A stretch of 64,000 nucleotides of DNA. Source: the human T2T-CHM13v2.0 reference genome, Homo sapiens. Each line of letters opens with the position of its first letter. Position 1 is the stretch's first letter. Positions 12,402 through 26,330 of this stretch are shown here, one piece after another. The stretch lies in NCBI RefSeq assembly GCF_009914755.1, contig NC_060932.1; one strand, 5' to 3'. The position numbers and the translations under genes were made by a program. The notes beneath the pieces are model-generated. The model had not been told where the DNA came from. It did no database searches and worked only from the letters and a program-made list of their open reading frames with translations.

Positions 12402-15400
12402 TCAGCAGATGGCTAAAAGCACACTTTCAGAGCCTCTTGAACACCCACCAGCCACTCATGTCATAAGATATGCAAATAGAGACCTTGCTGTCTTTCTATA
12501 AACTCTACCTTGGGTCATGTCAACCCTTCAAATGCCCCCCCTTTCCCACTGTCACCTCCTCTTTCCCACACTAAGCTACAGTGTTTGTTCAGTGTTTACA
12601 TAGGCTCAGTTGTCCATTTCCCCCCCTTTTCTGATAATTTTTACTGTAACTAATATATGATAAAACAAGACTACATTTTTTCAAATAGGTACTCTTCAGA
12701 TATTTATTTTTATAAATTCTAAGATCCCCTTTCTAATATTTCCACTTTTTCTAATATTTTGTTACATTAGTTTTGAGTTAGAAGTCTATGAACCTGACAA
12801 TCAAAACATTTTCAAAAACTTGCAAAAAATTGTTAAAAATAAAAAATTAGTTTCTGTAAGCACTTGCAGCTGAGTTGCAAAGCATGCACAAACTACATGA
12901 AAGCATTTATGACAACCTATGAAAACTGTATTTCACATTGTTTTAATTTATAATTTACTTCAAAATATTCTTTCTCCTTAAATTTCCTTTGCTGCTTAGG
13001 TACCAATTCCAATTATTTCAATTATTTAAAAAACTCTGCCGGTCTCCAAATGTTTTCTGAAATGTTTGACAAATATCTGTCATTTGGTATAAAATTCTTC
13101 ATATATATTTTTCAACAGAAACTTCTATTCTTCTCTGAGGCTTATTTTACACATCTATAAAATGGGGATAATAATATCCACCTCTCAAGGTTATCAAGAA
13201 GATCAAGTAAGGTTGGCTATGAGGGCCTTCTATTAGTTACAATGCACTAAATATTGGGTAATATGGAAATAAACGTTGAACAATATCCAATTAGAGTTAT
13301 TATACATGGTATCAACATTCACAAGTGCTTAATCCCTTTACTTGTAATAGCAATAGCGTTGACAGAAAATGTATCAGTCCTAGAATCCTGGTATGTTCTT
13401 TTTGTATGTTCTTTTCATTGAGACTCTCCTGATATTTTCAATCTTTTTTTCTTAGAGAATGTAAAAAACATTATTAAATACACTTTCCTGGATATAAACA
13501 CCTTGTGAATTTCTTCTCCCTTGGCACTTTTAAATTCTGTTACAACAACACTTCCCACACCCTCCTGTCTTCCACACTAGACCCATCGTGGGTACTGATT
13601 TATTGAGAAAGGTAGTGTTCTCTACCAGTTTTTAAGTTTCACACACAATAATGGTATTCACAGATACACAAGTGAAAATTTACCACAGGAAATACTTCCT
13701 TTTTTAGAAACTCAATACTGAAGAGTTATCAGCTTTATGAGGAAAAATATGTCAAAGCTTATATGACCCACTACAACACTTTAACTCTCCCTTGTGCTTG
13801 TGAAATTCACTTGACAACTTATTTCTTTAATTATGCAGTTTTAGTTATTTATCTCAAGGTATAAGATACTTATCCATGTCTTTCCCACCAAGAAAATAAA
13901 TTATAAACCAATATTTCCCAAAATGTATCCCAAAGGAAAGATGCTCTAGAAAAAAGTCCAACAAATATGTAAATATCACAATCTATATTCACCCTCTTAG
14001 AAACTCAAAATGGCCCTTGGCATATATAGTCAGTAACTTTTACATATACATGTGTGTGTTATATTACTCTTCCAATTTCCTCTTTGTTTGAAATATTTTA
14101 TAAAATAAAAAAAATTGTATCTCTACTTTTAAGTGGAATTTCCCAAAGTCAATTAATTACCAAGCCCTTTTCTCCGTGTCTAGACATCTCCCTAACAGTG
14201 GGAGCAAGCAGATATGAGTTTAGAGGTACACTTTGGGCCACCCATTTCCATCTACCCAAAAAAACAAAGAATGACTTCTTCACCAAGCAAGATTACAAGT
14301 CTGAGACACCAACGCACAGGAGGGTGGGAAGGGCAAACCCATGCCTCAGAGATTCCAGCCACATGCAAATTAGAGGTAGAAGGTGACATCACTTTATTTC
14401 CATAGCAGCTTTAAGAAATATATTCAATGTGTGTGGTAAGCCTCTTCCAACCTACCCTTTTGGATAACAGCCAGGTTTCTCCAATACAACCACTATAGAT
14501 CTGAACAAACTGATGAACATAAGAGATAGGATGTCTCTGTCCTCTTTGCACAAGTAGATAAATGACTCACAGCTTCCTGAGCTGAAAGGGAAGATTAAAG
14601 CTCACCACATATTATGACGGAACACCACAGAGCTCAGATGAATGGAGTCACTTCAGGAAGCAACTCTCTGAAATGCCTTGGTAGCATTAATAAGGAGGTT
14701 GTAACAGTCAAAATAACTGCAGGATTTTTGATCCTTGAGCACAGTTTTACAAATGTTTCCTTTCTGAATCCCAAAACAAAATAAATTGCCACCCATGTCT
14801 AATTTCAGGAGGTCTCTGGGCCATATTAAAAAAACGATAGCCACTGATGGAATCATATTATCCCAATTTTGAAGATAACATGAAAGCGTAGAGACAGTAA
14901 GTAACTTGATGTAGCCATGCAACAAGTGAGTGGAGAAGCTAGAATCTGAACCCAGAGCCTGTGCCACATCACTTCTTGATCTACAGAGAAGTAACAGTTG
15001 GGTGGGGGCAGCTGGGAGGATCATCTCCTTTGACTCAGCCTGTTCTCTCCCATCTCACTGATGCGCCAACAATGAGGGTCACATTTATGAACTAAAATTA
15101 TCCTTTCTGCAGGTTTTATCAGATGGTATTTCAGGGTATACAACCTTTTAAAACACTGGGTTTAATTTAAAATGTTGGAGCACTTTTGACATTCACTTAC
15201 TTCAACTAGCCACGTACAATTAGTCTGAATCGAGGAGATATGACTTTCATTTAACCTTCCATTATGACAAGAACATATGTAAAGCAAACGTTGTCACTGG
15301 TGACCATCAGGTATGGCACGGAGACCTCCATGGAGCAGTGCCCAGGCAGCACTCTACTACTTCTTTGCTCCTCAAGGCTCCATGGTGTTCTGCAACATGA

Positions 15401-16389
15401 ACGAACCCTCCTTGTGTGTTACTGCAAAGTTCTGACTTTCAAGGAGAGTCTGAACATTACAGACTCTCCTTGAAAACTCTAGAGTCAAGCTTGTTTCCTA
15501 CATATAAATTGTAACTCTAGATTTTTCCAAAACTGTATCTTCCATGAAGTATAAGACTTTAATCATTCTAATTCTATGAACACATATATCAGACTTATAT
15601 TCTGTTCCATTTCATCTAGTAAATAAGAGCAACTGGAGTTATTTGCCAAATTCAGTGATCTAAACTCATCTTTTAACCAGCTATTCAGGAATCACCTCCT
15701 GGCCAAACCACAGAATCTTCTTCATATGGATCACTTGGTTACAGTTGTTTTAAAGGTATATTTCAGAATTACATCTCAAATTGTGGTAGCTAAGAAAAGG
15801 CTTTGGGCAGATCTAATCTTGATCTCATTAGGGATAAAGAGGAAAAGCGACTTCATACCTCTTTACAGACAACTTGGCAGGAATGTGTTAGAATGTGGGC
15901 TCCCTGAAAGCGGAAGAAGGCCTATTTACTGTTGTATCCTGTGTGTACAGCAGGAACCTGGTAAACAGTGGGGCTCAATAAATATCTCCTAACAGAGGGA
16001 ATGACCAAAACATGGACCTCACACCCAAAGAAAATCATCCTTATTTCAACAACATAGATTTGGCTGGTTATGAGGGTCTTGAAGTATTCACAAATATTTC
16101 AGAAAGTCTAAGGGAAATCATGTATTTACCTTAAGATAAGATGGCACAGGGCAACTAAAAGTCAAGTTTGCTTGACTTCTGCAAACATATCAAGTCATTG
16201 TAACAAGGCTGATTGTTTCAGGAACATCAGAAGTTTGGATATTATACAATGACATGGGGAGGGAAAGGCTCCCTTACTCCTCTAAGCCCCTCTTGCGGGG
16301 TTGGGGGGGGGATACATTAATCTAACTGGGACAGATTTACTAATTTTAGAAGGTCAAACTCACATAGGGCTGTGGCTCTCTCAGGCTGT

Positions 16390-16485
16390 GTTAGATGGGG
16401 TATCACTATGTTGCCCAGGTTGGCCTTGAACTCCTGGGCTTAAAGCTTCCAAGTAGCTAGGATTACAGGTGCACCAGGCCTGGCT
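16390..16485 (-). mobile_element. Alu monomer fragment
   Basis: tatgttgcccaggttggccttgaactcctgggct...ggattacaggtg. Confidence 0.7.
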
Positions 16486-18859
16486 TGGCTCCTCCCTACT
16501 AGGAGGCAGGGGGTAAGCAGATTCAGGGTAGGGCTTGACTTCTTGCTTTTTCTCTTCTTTTCTCTAATGCTTGTGTTATGGGGCCCTCCATGGTCAACCA
16601 GTAGTAAAATGCTGGTGAAGGAGAAGAGGCTCTAACAGTTGACTGGTAATGACATCTTCTAGGCAAGTTTACTATCAGCACCACACCAGGGACTATGGGC
16701 ACTCACTTCCCAGTGAAATGGGGCTCTTTTCTCATCTGTTATCCTCTGTGTATACGTGTCCCTTGGAAAGCTCACAGGGAGCGGGGGTTGGCCCAGGCAG
16801 GATTCAGAGGGTTCCATCCATCACACCACAGCCACATGTTAAGTCCACCTCTAGCTGAGGTACTTTACAAAAGACAAGTATTCCAAAAATAGAAGTTGAT
16901 AAGCAGTAAGTAGTAGACCACTTCAGAAAATTGTGGATTTTCAACCCACAACTCTAAGGGAGTGAGCTGTAGATCATTCCTGAGCATAAGAAACCAACCC
17001 AGAACTGAGGACAATAAATTGGGGTTGGCAGACCAGGGCACAAATCATGGCAGCAGCAAACTTGCTAGCAGCCCCAGATGGACCAGGCATACCACCCTGC
17101 ATAGTCAGTGCCCTCGGTGGTCAAATGAAAGTACTGGATTACTAGATAATATCTGTTTGCCTTCCAACTCCAGCAGTCCACGATTCAATGAATGACAACT
17201 TTGTCTGGTATCTTAAGCATATGCCTTTTGCTCGAGCCAACACAGACCATTTGCAAGACACATACTTGTTAGCAAATTGGAATTCAGTGTTTGCTGCACA
17301 GTTCCTGCCAAAGGCTTCTTAAAGTCATCTGATATTCAAGAGATAGTCTAATAGACGTGTTAACCATCCCTGAAGAACTGGCACAGAGGAAGCAGATTCC
17401 ATTCAATTAATATTTACTGAGCACTGGAAGTGGGAACTTTAACATATATTATCTCATTTAAAAGCCTTTCTTCAGCAGTTTTTCAATAGTTAAAATCTTG
17501 GTAGGCTTCTAGCAGTCTTTTGTGTCCAAGCTTTTCATAAGTCTATTACACTAGCAAATTATCAAACCCTCTAGATTCTTGTGTTCTTATCCCTAAACTG
17601 TTGCACAGGATTGCAGAGCACAGCCCTGTGCTTGTTATCTCAGCCTCGCTACTGTTTTCCCTTCACTGAGTAACAATTTATTGTATCCTTCTTATGTTTG
17701 ACAGTGCCTTTGTTTTTCGTCTGTTTGTGTGTTTGTTTCTTTTCTGGTTTTTTGGTAATGTTCCTTATACAGGCGCCCAGGGGTTAGTTGGTGGTAGGCA
17801 GGGGAGTAGGGAGGGGTTTGTGTGTTCAGGACTGTTACCACTGCAGATAAATGCTTAAGCTTCTTTTGATCAGAAATTGAAAACCATGTAATACAAAGTT
17901 TCTCTTATCTCATTTAAAGCCCACATTAGTATCCATTAGAGTAATCAAGCAACAAATCTCAGCTACTTAGTAGCATCTATCTCTGTTTCCTCAGCCCTCT
18001 CAAATCTTCCTGGAAATAAATGGGCACATGAATCCCAATACATATAGAAAGATGCCAGTTCAGTGATTAAAGGCACAGGCTATGGATGTGAGCCCATGCT
18101 CCCCACTTGTGGCCACATACTGGAGTGTGATATTTCACCTCCAGTCAGCATCATCAGATGGCGAATGGGAGCTATACTGATTCCCAAGTCATAAATTTTT
18201 GTAAGATCCTCCTTCATATAAAGCATTTAGTAAAGTTCCTGTCTCACAAATACCCAACAAATATTTGTTTGAATTAATATTACTGCGGAACCCAAACTGT
18301 CGTGGATTTCATTCCCATTCTTTTATTGATTTTTTTGGCTTACCCTTTGTTTTCTCCAACCCACTGACACATGATTTTTCTGCCTTCCCTCACTCCCTCC
18401 TGCCCTCACTCTTCTTATGTCACTCAGTCTATCATCATACACTTGCCAACTCTCTCAACAATAATTCCATCTCTTTCTTTCTATTGCTCACTCATCAGGC
18501 TAAACCCCACCTCTGCTCAATCCAGTCCTCCACTTTCTCTACAAGAGGCAACGTAGTGTAATGCATGTGGGTGCCACCTCTGGGGTTTGACTGTGCAGGG
18601 TTCAAACCCCTGCTCTGATGCCTAACAGCTTTTTATCTTTAAATAAGTCGCTCATCCCTTCTGTAGAATGAAGTTGATAACAATAATGCCTGACTCGAGG
18701 ATATGTAATGAAATTTAAATGAGACTATGCACTTGGATTTGTGCTGGCCCTGGTAAGCACTCAATAAATTTAGCTGGGATTATTTTTATTATATTACTCT
18801 ATGCATGAGGCCATGGAATAAAGTTGGGAAAATCACATACCCAGACAGACTACTTGAAC

Positions 18860-21290
18860 TATAAATGTGGAATCACAAACCTCAGTTGCGTCCTTGATAC
18901 TGTCTGGCAACTCTATTCATCTCCCTAGTACATTTGCTCTCAATGCCTTCAGCTCTTACTTCAAATCTCCCTCACCCTCAGCTGATGACCTTCCTTTCTG
19001 CTACATGGAGAAAACAGAAGCCATCAGAAAACTACTGTCATCTGATCATCACCCAATATAGAAAATATACCCACATCTGGACTCATATTCTCCATCTTCT
19101 CTCCAATCTAATGGAGGAAGGTTCCCAAAGGCCAGCCCTTTACTTGGGTTTCAGGTTCCCTCCCTAAGGCTTTCCAAGGACTTTCCTCCTGTAGTTTTTT
19201 CTTTTCTCTACATCTTTGGTTCCTCCCTAAATGACCCCTCAATGATCCTCACCACCTGGTGTTTATAACCTTGTAAAATTCCCTCTCCTTAGGTTGTGGG
19301 TGGAACCTGTGACTTACTTCTAACCAACAGAATATGGCCAAGTTTCTGGCCTATTCCTCCTGACTACATTGCATTATGCAAGGCTCCATCTTGCTGGCAG
19401 GCAGGCTCTAAGATTCTCCTTGCTGGCTTGATGAAGTAAGAGGCCAAGCTAAGGAGTCCCATGTGACAAAAAACAGCAGTAAGTAGGGAAGGGGAGGGGG
19501 AGAAGAGCTCTACAAGCTGAGAACAACTTCCAACTGATAACCAGCAAGAAGCTAGGACCCTCAGTCCTACAGATGCAAGGGAATGAATTCTGCCAACAAT
19601 CTATGTAAGCTTACAAGTTAATTATTCCCTGGTCAAGCCTTCAGATGAGAACTCAACCCATGTAGCACCCTGATTGCAGCCTTGTGAGACTCTTCACAGA
19701 AAACCTAGTTAAGCTGAGCCTAGACTCCTAACCCACAGAAACTCTAAGAACTGTTTTAAAGCAAAAAAAAATTTGTAGTAATTTGTTACACTACACTACA
19801 ATAGAAAACTAATAACCCCTCTTCCACATAATTCCCATGATGCTTTAGTCATAACACTAGGGTCTACTGTATCCCATCTTTTAAAAAAACCTAGGCCATA
19901 GGCCTTCCAGCTATTCCTCCTCCTCTTTGTTCTCCTTTCCAAAAAACTTGTCAAAAGAGTTTTTCCTGTGTCCCTCTGTCCACACCTCTCATCGGCTGCT
20001 CAGCCTACTCCAAGCACATCACTCAAACTTCTCTTGTCAAGGACACTAGTAAGTTCCATCTTATCTAATCCAAATGAACATCTCTCTCTCTCTTTCTTAT
20101 TCTATATCTCAGCAGCATTCAATACAGTTCATTACTCCCCACCCACTTTTTGGAACTATTTCTTCTCTTGGCTTATTGGACTTTAGATTTTCTAGTTTTC
20201 CTTCTACTTATTTGGCTGCTGCTTCTCAATAGTGTTTGCTGGCTTCTCCATTTACACCCAAACTTAAATAGTGCTGTGCCCCAGAATCAGGCCCCAGGCT
20301 CTCCTCTCTTGGCCCCCTGCACTCCCTTAAAGCCCCCAGGCTTTACATGACATTAACATACTGATGTCGCTCAAATTCCTCCCACTATCCCTGACCTCTC
20401 CTATCCACTCCCCATCTCACCACCATCTGCCTAACCACACCCTCCACCTGGTTGTCCAATAGTCATCTCAGAATTCACATGCACAAAACAGAAAACCTGA
20501 TTTTTGTTCTCTCGGTTTTCCTAATCTTAGTAAATGGTACCTTCAACCAACATTTACATCATGGTCTCATCCTGGATTCCTCCCTTTCCTTCATTACCCA
20601 TCAACCAACCCATCCACAAGTTCTTGTAGGTTGATCCTCACAATAGATTCTGAATTTGCCATCTCCTGCCAATCTCTAACTCCAAGCTGCCCTCTCCCTC
20701 CCTTGGTCTGTGTAGTGACAGCCACCCAACTGGCCTCCCTGCCTCTACTACTGTCCTCCACACAGCATGGATCTTTTGAAAACTACAAATTACCTTGTAA
20801 GACTTTATTGCTTAAAACTTTTCAAAGATTTCACTATCCTTTTAAAGGGCCCACCAGGCTCTCTTTGCAGGCACCTCCCAGCCTCCTTGACATATCTCAT
20901 ACCTACCAAGTTCCAGCCACACTCACCCTTTTCTCCTTTCCACCTCAAGACTTGCAACTGCTACTCCCTCTGCCTGGAAAGCTCTTCCCATGCGAAATGT
21001 CTCATATCTCAGGTCAAATGTTCCCTCCTCAGAGAGATCTCACCCACAGTAGCTTTCTCTTCTTCCTTTGAAACTCTAAGATATCATGATTTTCTTCACA
21101 GGACACACCACAATCTGAAGTGTTATTCTTGCTTATGCATGTACATCTGCATCTATGTATTTGATTGTTGCTATGATGCCTCTCACTAGATGTGAGCATC
21201 AGGAAGGTGTCCACTGCTATGTTCTAGAATAGCTGCTAGCACATAATAGGTGTTCAATAAATATTTGTTGAATAAATGAATGCATGAATA
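18860..21290 (-). mobile_element. Long L2 remnant with nested MLT1
   Basis: Pyrimidine-rich L2 phrases ending in tcaataaatatttgttgaataaatgaatg. Confidence 0.75.
19230..19815 (+). mobile_element. MLT1E/F-type MaLR LTR
   Basis: cctgtgacttacttctaaccaacagaatatggc...tgattgcagccttgtgagac...atagaaaactaata. Confidence 0.8.
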
Positions 21291-23124
21291 TATGTAAGAG
21301 GTTAACATTCGTATATGCATTATAATAAAATTATCTAGTGATATTCCATTAGAAAATCTCTTCAGATACAGTGTCTTTAAAAGAGTAATTTAAAAGATAA
21401 ACCTCAAATGACTCCAACATTCTGTGTAAATTTCTGAAGTTGTGGGCAAATGAGAGTGTTATAAAATGAAGCCCATTTTGAAAGAATTTAAAGGAAATTT
21501 ACTTGAAGATGTGAAAAACCTTTACTGATCAAGTGAATTATCACACTCATTATTCTGTTTTTACGGATTTGATTTTTTCCCTATATTAAGCTTGTTTTCA
21601 TCACAGAGCATAAATTATTATTGTTTCTATCACAAATTGTGCAATCACTATTCAAACCACAGGACACACTTTCAGTATTTCTGGACAAAAATGCTAAGGA
21701 GTCACTACTCTTGATATTCAATGTCACTGACACCATGTGACTTCATTTCAAACCCAGCTATATCTTGTAGCCATACAATGCAGGCTTTTCAACAGACCAT
21801 GGTAATGAATGTGGTCACGGTTTGGATTTCAACAAGCAGCTGTCAAAAACTATCATCCCAAATAACTACTTGCTGAAAATTTCTCACTCCCAGAGCTGGT
21901 ACTTCCAGGGTGGTCTAGGAAATAAATTTCTGCCCACATCTACTCTGGGGCTATTCTAATTGCCGATGTTCAACATTTCTTTGGAAATGCAACTTCAAGC
22001 TTTGAGGAGCTTTTTTTGGTGAGCCCCCAAAGCTTTTTTTAGTGGTCTCTAACTATTAAGCTCAGCTGTTCATGAGTTTTTTTTCTTCCTGAAATACCAA
22101 TACCTTCTGAAAACTCTGGTAAAATGTTATTCAGCTGATTTTAGGAACCACTCTTGAGAAAAATCACTCACTCCATTGCTTACCACTTGCTGCCCTCAAA
22201 ACTTCTTAGCAACATACACCGTGCATGAATCTCAACGTGGTTTGCTTTGTCCAATAGCATGCCTGAAAGCCCAACCAGTCAGTTGTGTAATAATAAACCC
22301 CTTATCTCCTGAAGATACACAAACGGAAAAATCTCTCGGCGCTTCAGTGTACAGGGGACTTCGCTAGAATTCTCAGCAGAAACTCACATCCAATTTAAAT
22401 GCTACCCCCCACCCCCTTTTCCTGGTTTCCTCTTTTTTTCTCATTTGCAATTTTGAGGAGGGAAAAAAACCTCAAACGCTAAATGATGTCGAGTGGAAAC
22501 ACGGGAGGGCGAGGGTCAATGCCAAAAACTGCTAGCAAAATGCATGTGGAAACCAAGGGCTTGGATTTTGCTGTACTGGGTTTACCGGTTCTCTCACAAG
22601 CGCCTGTGATGGAAACTCATCGACAATTGTTCTTGGTTGGAAGAAGGGGCTGAGAGATTGACAAGAAACACCGCTTTCTGGTTTCAATAAGCTTGAATAG
22701 CCCTCAAAATAAGGAGAAGGGGACACTCCTTCCTTGGGGGAGAATAAAATCTCACTCTCCCCTGCCTCACCCGTCCCCACCGGGCACGAACCGGCGCCTC
22801 CGTGGTCCCATCACCCAAGTTCCCCACCTCACTGGGGAGAAGCGCCCTTTCCCGGCACCCACACCAAACAACAAACCCGACACGGCCTTTGAGGAAAGCG
22901 GGAGCCGCCGCCTGGGAGAGACGCAGGGGCCCAAGGCGCAGGCAAATCAACAGTTCCTCGCGCTGCCCCGCGCGGCCGCCCGCGCCGCCTGACACACCCC
23001 TCCTGGCCGGGTCTCTCCCCGGCGCCGCTGACCGTCCTCGGCCAGGCGCCTTGCCCCGGGGCCCGGGCCCGTCCCCCTCCCCGGGCTGGCGGGTCCCACG
23101 CGCGCCACCGCGCCCAACACGCAC

Positions 23125-23625
23125 CTTCAACGCGCCCCGGGCCGGGCCCCTGGGGACTGCGTGGCCGGGTCCGAGGGGCACGAAACGCTCCTCGCCGTCC
23201 TCGTCGTCTTCGTCGCCGTCCACCACCTCGACGACCACCTCCTCGTCCTCCTCTTCCTCGTCGTCATCCTCCTCCTCCGCGCCCCCTCGGGGCTTCTCCT
23301 CCACACGCCCGAGCCCCCTCCGCCGCCTGCTCCCGCCCTCCTCGTCCTCGTCTTCCTCCCCTAGAAGCAGCAGCACCGGCGACGAGGCGGCGGCGGCGGC
23401 CCCGGTGGCCCGAGGGGGGCCGGTCCCGGCGCTGCGCGGCGGCGGCGGCAGCGGCGGCCTCCAGCTCTCCGGGGCGGGCGCCGGGGCCGGGCCCGGGACA
23501 GGGGGCGGGAGCCCGGGTAGGGCGGCTTCCTTGGCGGGCGCGGGCGCCGGCCCGGCAGGCTGCAGCGCGGCGCCCCCCCGGCGGCTGCCCAGGCTGGAGC
23601 GCTTGGCTAGACGCCGCGCCTGCAT
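23125..23625 (-). CDS. ZNF704: ZNF704 first coding exon of a long isoform (167 aa Pro/Ala-rich then acidic N-terminus); spliced to exon 2 outside the window
   Basis: Translation MQARRLAKRSSLGSRRGGAA...SSPVLLLLGEEDEDEE...EEVVVEVVDGDEDDEDGEERFVPLGPG...ARGALK closely matches my recollection of the mouse Zfp704 (Gig1) N-terminus. ATG at 23625 (GGCATGC). Donor AAG|GTGCGT after 23125; 501 nt, phase 0. Confidence 0.85.
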
Positions 23626-23837
23626 GCCTGAGCGCGGGGTTGCGGGCCGCGGCGCGGGGCCGGAGAGTTTGTCACCTCCTCTTCCTCCTCTGCCTCCGCC
23701 GGTGGCCGCAGGGCCGGGGACTCGCGGCCGCAAGGGGCTGCAGGAGCCGCCGGCCAGGACCCGCGGCTGCCACTGGCTGCAGAGGCGCGGGCGCCGCCTT
23801 CGCTGGACCGGCCGGCGGGGACGCCGGCGGCCGGCGG

Positions 23838-23951
23838 CTACGGCGGGGCGGCGCGGCGGCCGCGGGCGGGGGTGGGTGTGAGCGAGCGGCGCGCTGCCGC
23901 CTCCGCCGCCGCCGCCGCCGCCCGGGAGCCGCGGGCCGCGCTGCGCTCCAT
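23838..23951 (-). other. Candidate 37-aa uORF MERSAARGSRAAAAAAEAAARRSLTPTPARGRRAAPP*
   Basis: ATG at 23951 (CGCATGG), TAG at 23840-23838, out of frame with the main ORF. Needs a TSS upstream of 23951. Confidence 0.35.
23896..23922 (-). repeat. (GGC)6 GGA (GGC)2 trinucleotide repeat
   Basis: Plus strand reads gccgcctccgccgccgccgccgccgcc. Confidence 0.9.
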
Positions 23952-24802
23952 GCGGCCGGCGGCCGAGCCCGCGCGCGCCTCTCCCGGCCGGCTGCGCCCG
24001 CGCGCTCCGGGCCTACCGCTGCCGTGCCTCGGCGCGAGCTGTTTGTGTTGTATGTTTTCCACCACCGCCCCCCTCTTCGCGAGCCATTCCTCACAACCCT
24101 CCGGTCCCCCCGCTCAGACAAAACCCGGACTGGATTTTTTTTTTCTCTTACCCACAGTCTCCGAAAGTCTGGCGCTTCGAAGCAGTTGGCCCTGACACCA
24201 GGGCAAACGCTTAACCGCAGCCCATTCTTCCCTCCGGAGGGAGGGGAGTAGACTTCGCTGGAAGTAAGGTTGTCTGTCAAAGTTAGACTTTGAACGTAGA
24301 GATTTGCTACAAGTCATTTTAATGGACACTGATGTGCATGGCAGCTACTCCTGAGCTTGTGTGAAATCAAGGAAGGTGTACCAATCTGAGGTTTGGGATG
24401 AATTCCTAATATGAATCATCAGAGTCGCTTAGATTTTCGAAACACTGTTTCATGAGCGATTGTCTACCAATCTCACACTCTTTGAACGCACCACTCTAGG
24501 CCCTGCGATTGAGCTGCCTTGGCTCTGTGCTGAGTGTGTAGGTCTTTCAGCTTTTACTCCTGCTATTCTACCTTGAGTGCCTGATTTTAATGGCTGAATT
24601 CCAAGAAGCTTTCTGTTTGCACTGTCTGATCTGTAGACTCTCTTCTGGCATTGTTCAGGACTTTGAAGAAACAAATGGGTGGGAGTTCAAGATCGTTTGA
24701 GTTGGTTACTTAAGAAATTAATATGAAGTAAGACCAAATCTGGAAATCAAGCACATAACATGACTAATTTTGCCATTTTCTGACGATTTTTAGGTGTGAT
24801 AA

Positions 24803-25185
<383 letters not shown>

Positions 25186-26119
25186 TAAGTCGTATTTCTT
25201 ACATTCAAATCATACCCCCAATTCCATCCCTGTAGAGGAGGGCTGGGGAGGATCTTACGCATCAAATACCCTGGTAGGCACCTCCGTGGGGCCAGAATAA
25301 AAGGTGTATTCACCTTCAGTTAATTATTGTTGGACATTTAACATCATATGCTCTGTTAGACACTTGAATGGGGCTCATTAAATGCTCACTTATGGTGGCT
25401 TCCAACTGTTGAACAGGGATGATGACAAAGATTCTAAAATGAACTTTTTGTTCTCCCTGAATCAGATTAGCTTCCTGATGTACCTATTTCAGGTGATGAA
25501 ACTCTCATTATAATCATTTGAGCCCAAAATAGCGGTATCATTTTAACTCCCTTCTCTACCTTATCCCTAGAGGCAATTGCCCACAAGTCCAACCCATTGT
25601 TCTTTCTAAAATGCATTTTGAATCCACCCCTTCCTTTCCATTCCCAAAGCTCTTACAGCATTTTGTGACTTCAAAAGTGGAAGTTTCTAACAGTTCTACA
25701 CACCCATTTTCTCACCCACACACCCTCCCTTTCCCTCCTCAGATGCCACCACCAGATTTATGTTTCCGAAACCCCATTTAGATCACACCATTTTCTTGTT
25801 GGACTTTATATTTGTAAATATTCTGTTCAGGAATTCAGAGAGAAGAAAACAGAACATTAAGAGATGGGTGTGTCTGATCAAAGCATGGAATAGCAGGGGC
25901 TAGCCAATAAGTGAATAATCAGTATCAGCTAGAGTGTGCAAAGAATTAAGAAAGAACATTAAGGTGGTTTCATCCCAATTGGAAGAAATTTAGCTTCGTT
26001 GATTTGGGAGATGATTTTAGAGTGAGGCAGCAGGATCTTTCTCTGGCCATGAAAAGGAAAGATCGGGGCAAGGGGTGGGCAGACAGGTATGGAGGAGGTG
26101 GAGGAGGACAAAGGTGTGA

Positions 26120-26330
26120 GGCAAGCTGGCTAGTAGTTAGGCACATGGTCTCAGGAGCACCTAGGTCCGAATCCTGACTCTGGAACTTACCAGCTTTACT
26201 TTTACTCATCCTCTTTCTGTGCCTGTTTCCTCATCTGTGAAATGGGGATCATAGTAGTAAAGTTGTTTTGCAGAGTAATGAGTGAATAAATGCAATCAGC
26301 TTACAAGAGTGCCTGGGACAAGCTAGGGTT
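26120..26330 (+). mobile_element. MIR
   Basis: gcctgtttcctcatctgtgaaatggggatcatagtagta MIR core. Confidence 0.7.

Larger units (their letters stand above)
22780..24200. promoter_or_regulatory. CpG island / ZNF704 promoter and 5' UTR
   Basis: Very high GC and CpG density with many GC boxes, against an AT-rich, CpG-depleted background; contains the first exon. Confidence 0.93.

Noticed and set aside
14456-14581. 126-nt minus-strand exon-like segment (ctttcag| ... AGG|GTAGGT) with an AP-1 site
   Set aside because: Such site pairs are common by chance and there is no other support.
22684-23124. C-terminal part of the 349-aa minus-strand ORF
   Set aside because: Similarity to Zfp704 ends at the AAG|GTGCGT donor; the remainder is intron read-through.
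22802-23881. 359-aa plus-strand ORF (and 23640-24251)
   Set aside because: Non-ATG start, antisense shadow of ZNF704 exon 1; poly-Ser mirrors the Glu/Asp codons, and stops are rare in very GC-rich DNA.
23672-24280. 202-aa minus-strand Arg-rich ORF
   Set aside because: TTG start, low complexity, no recognisable homology.
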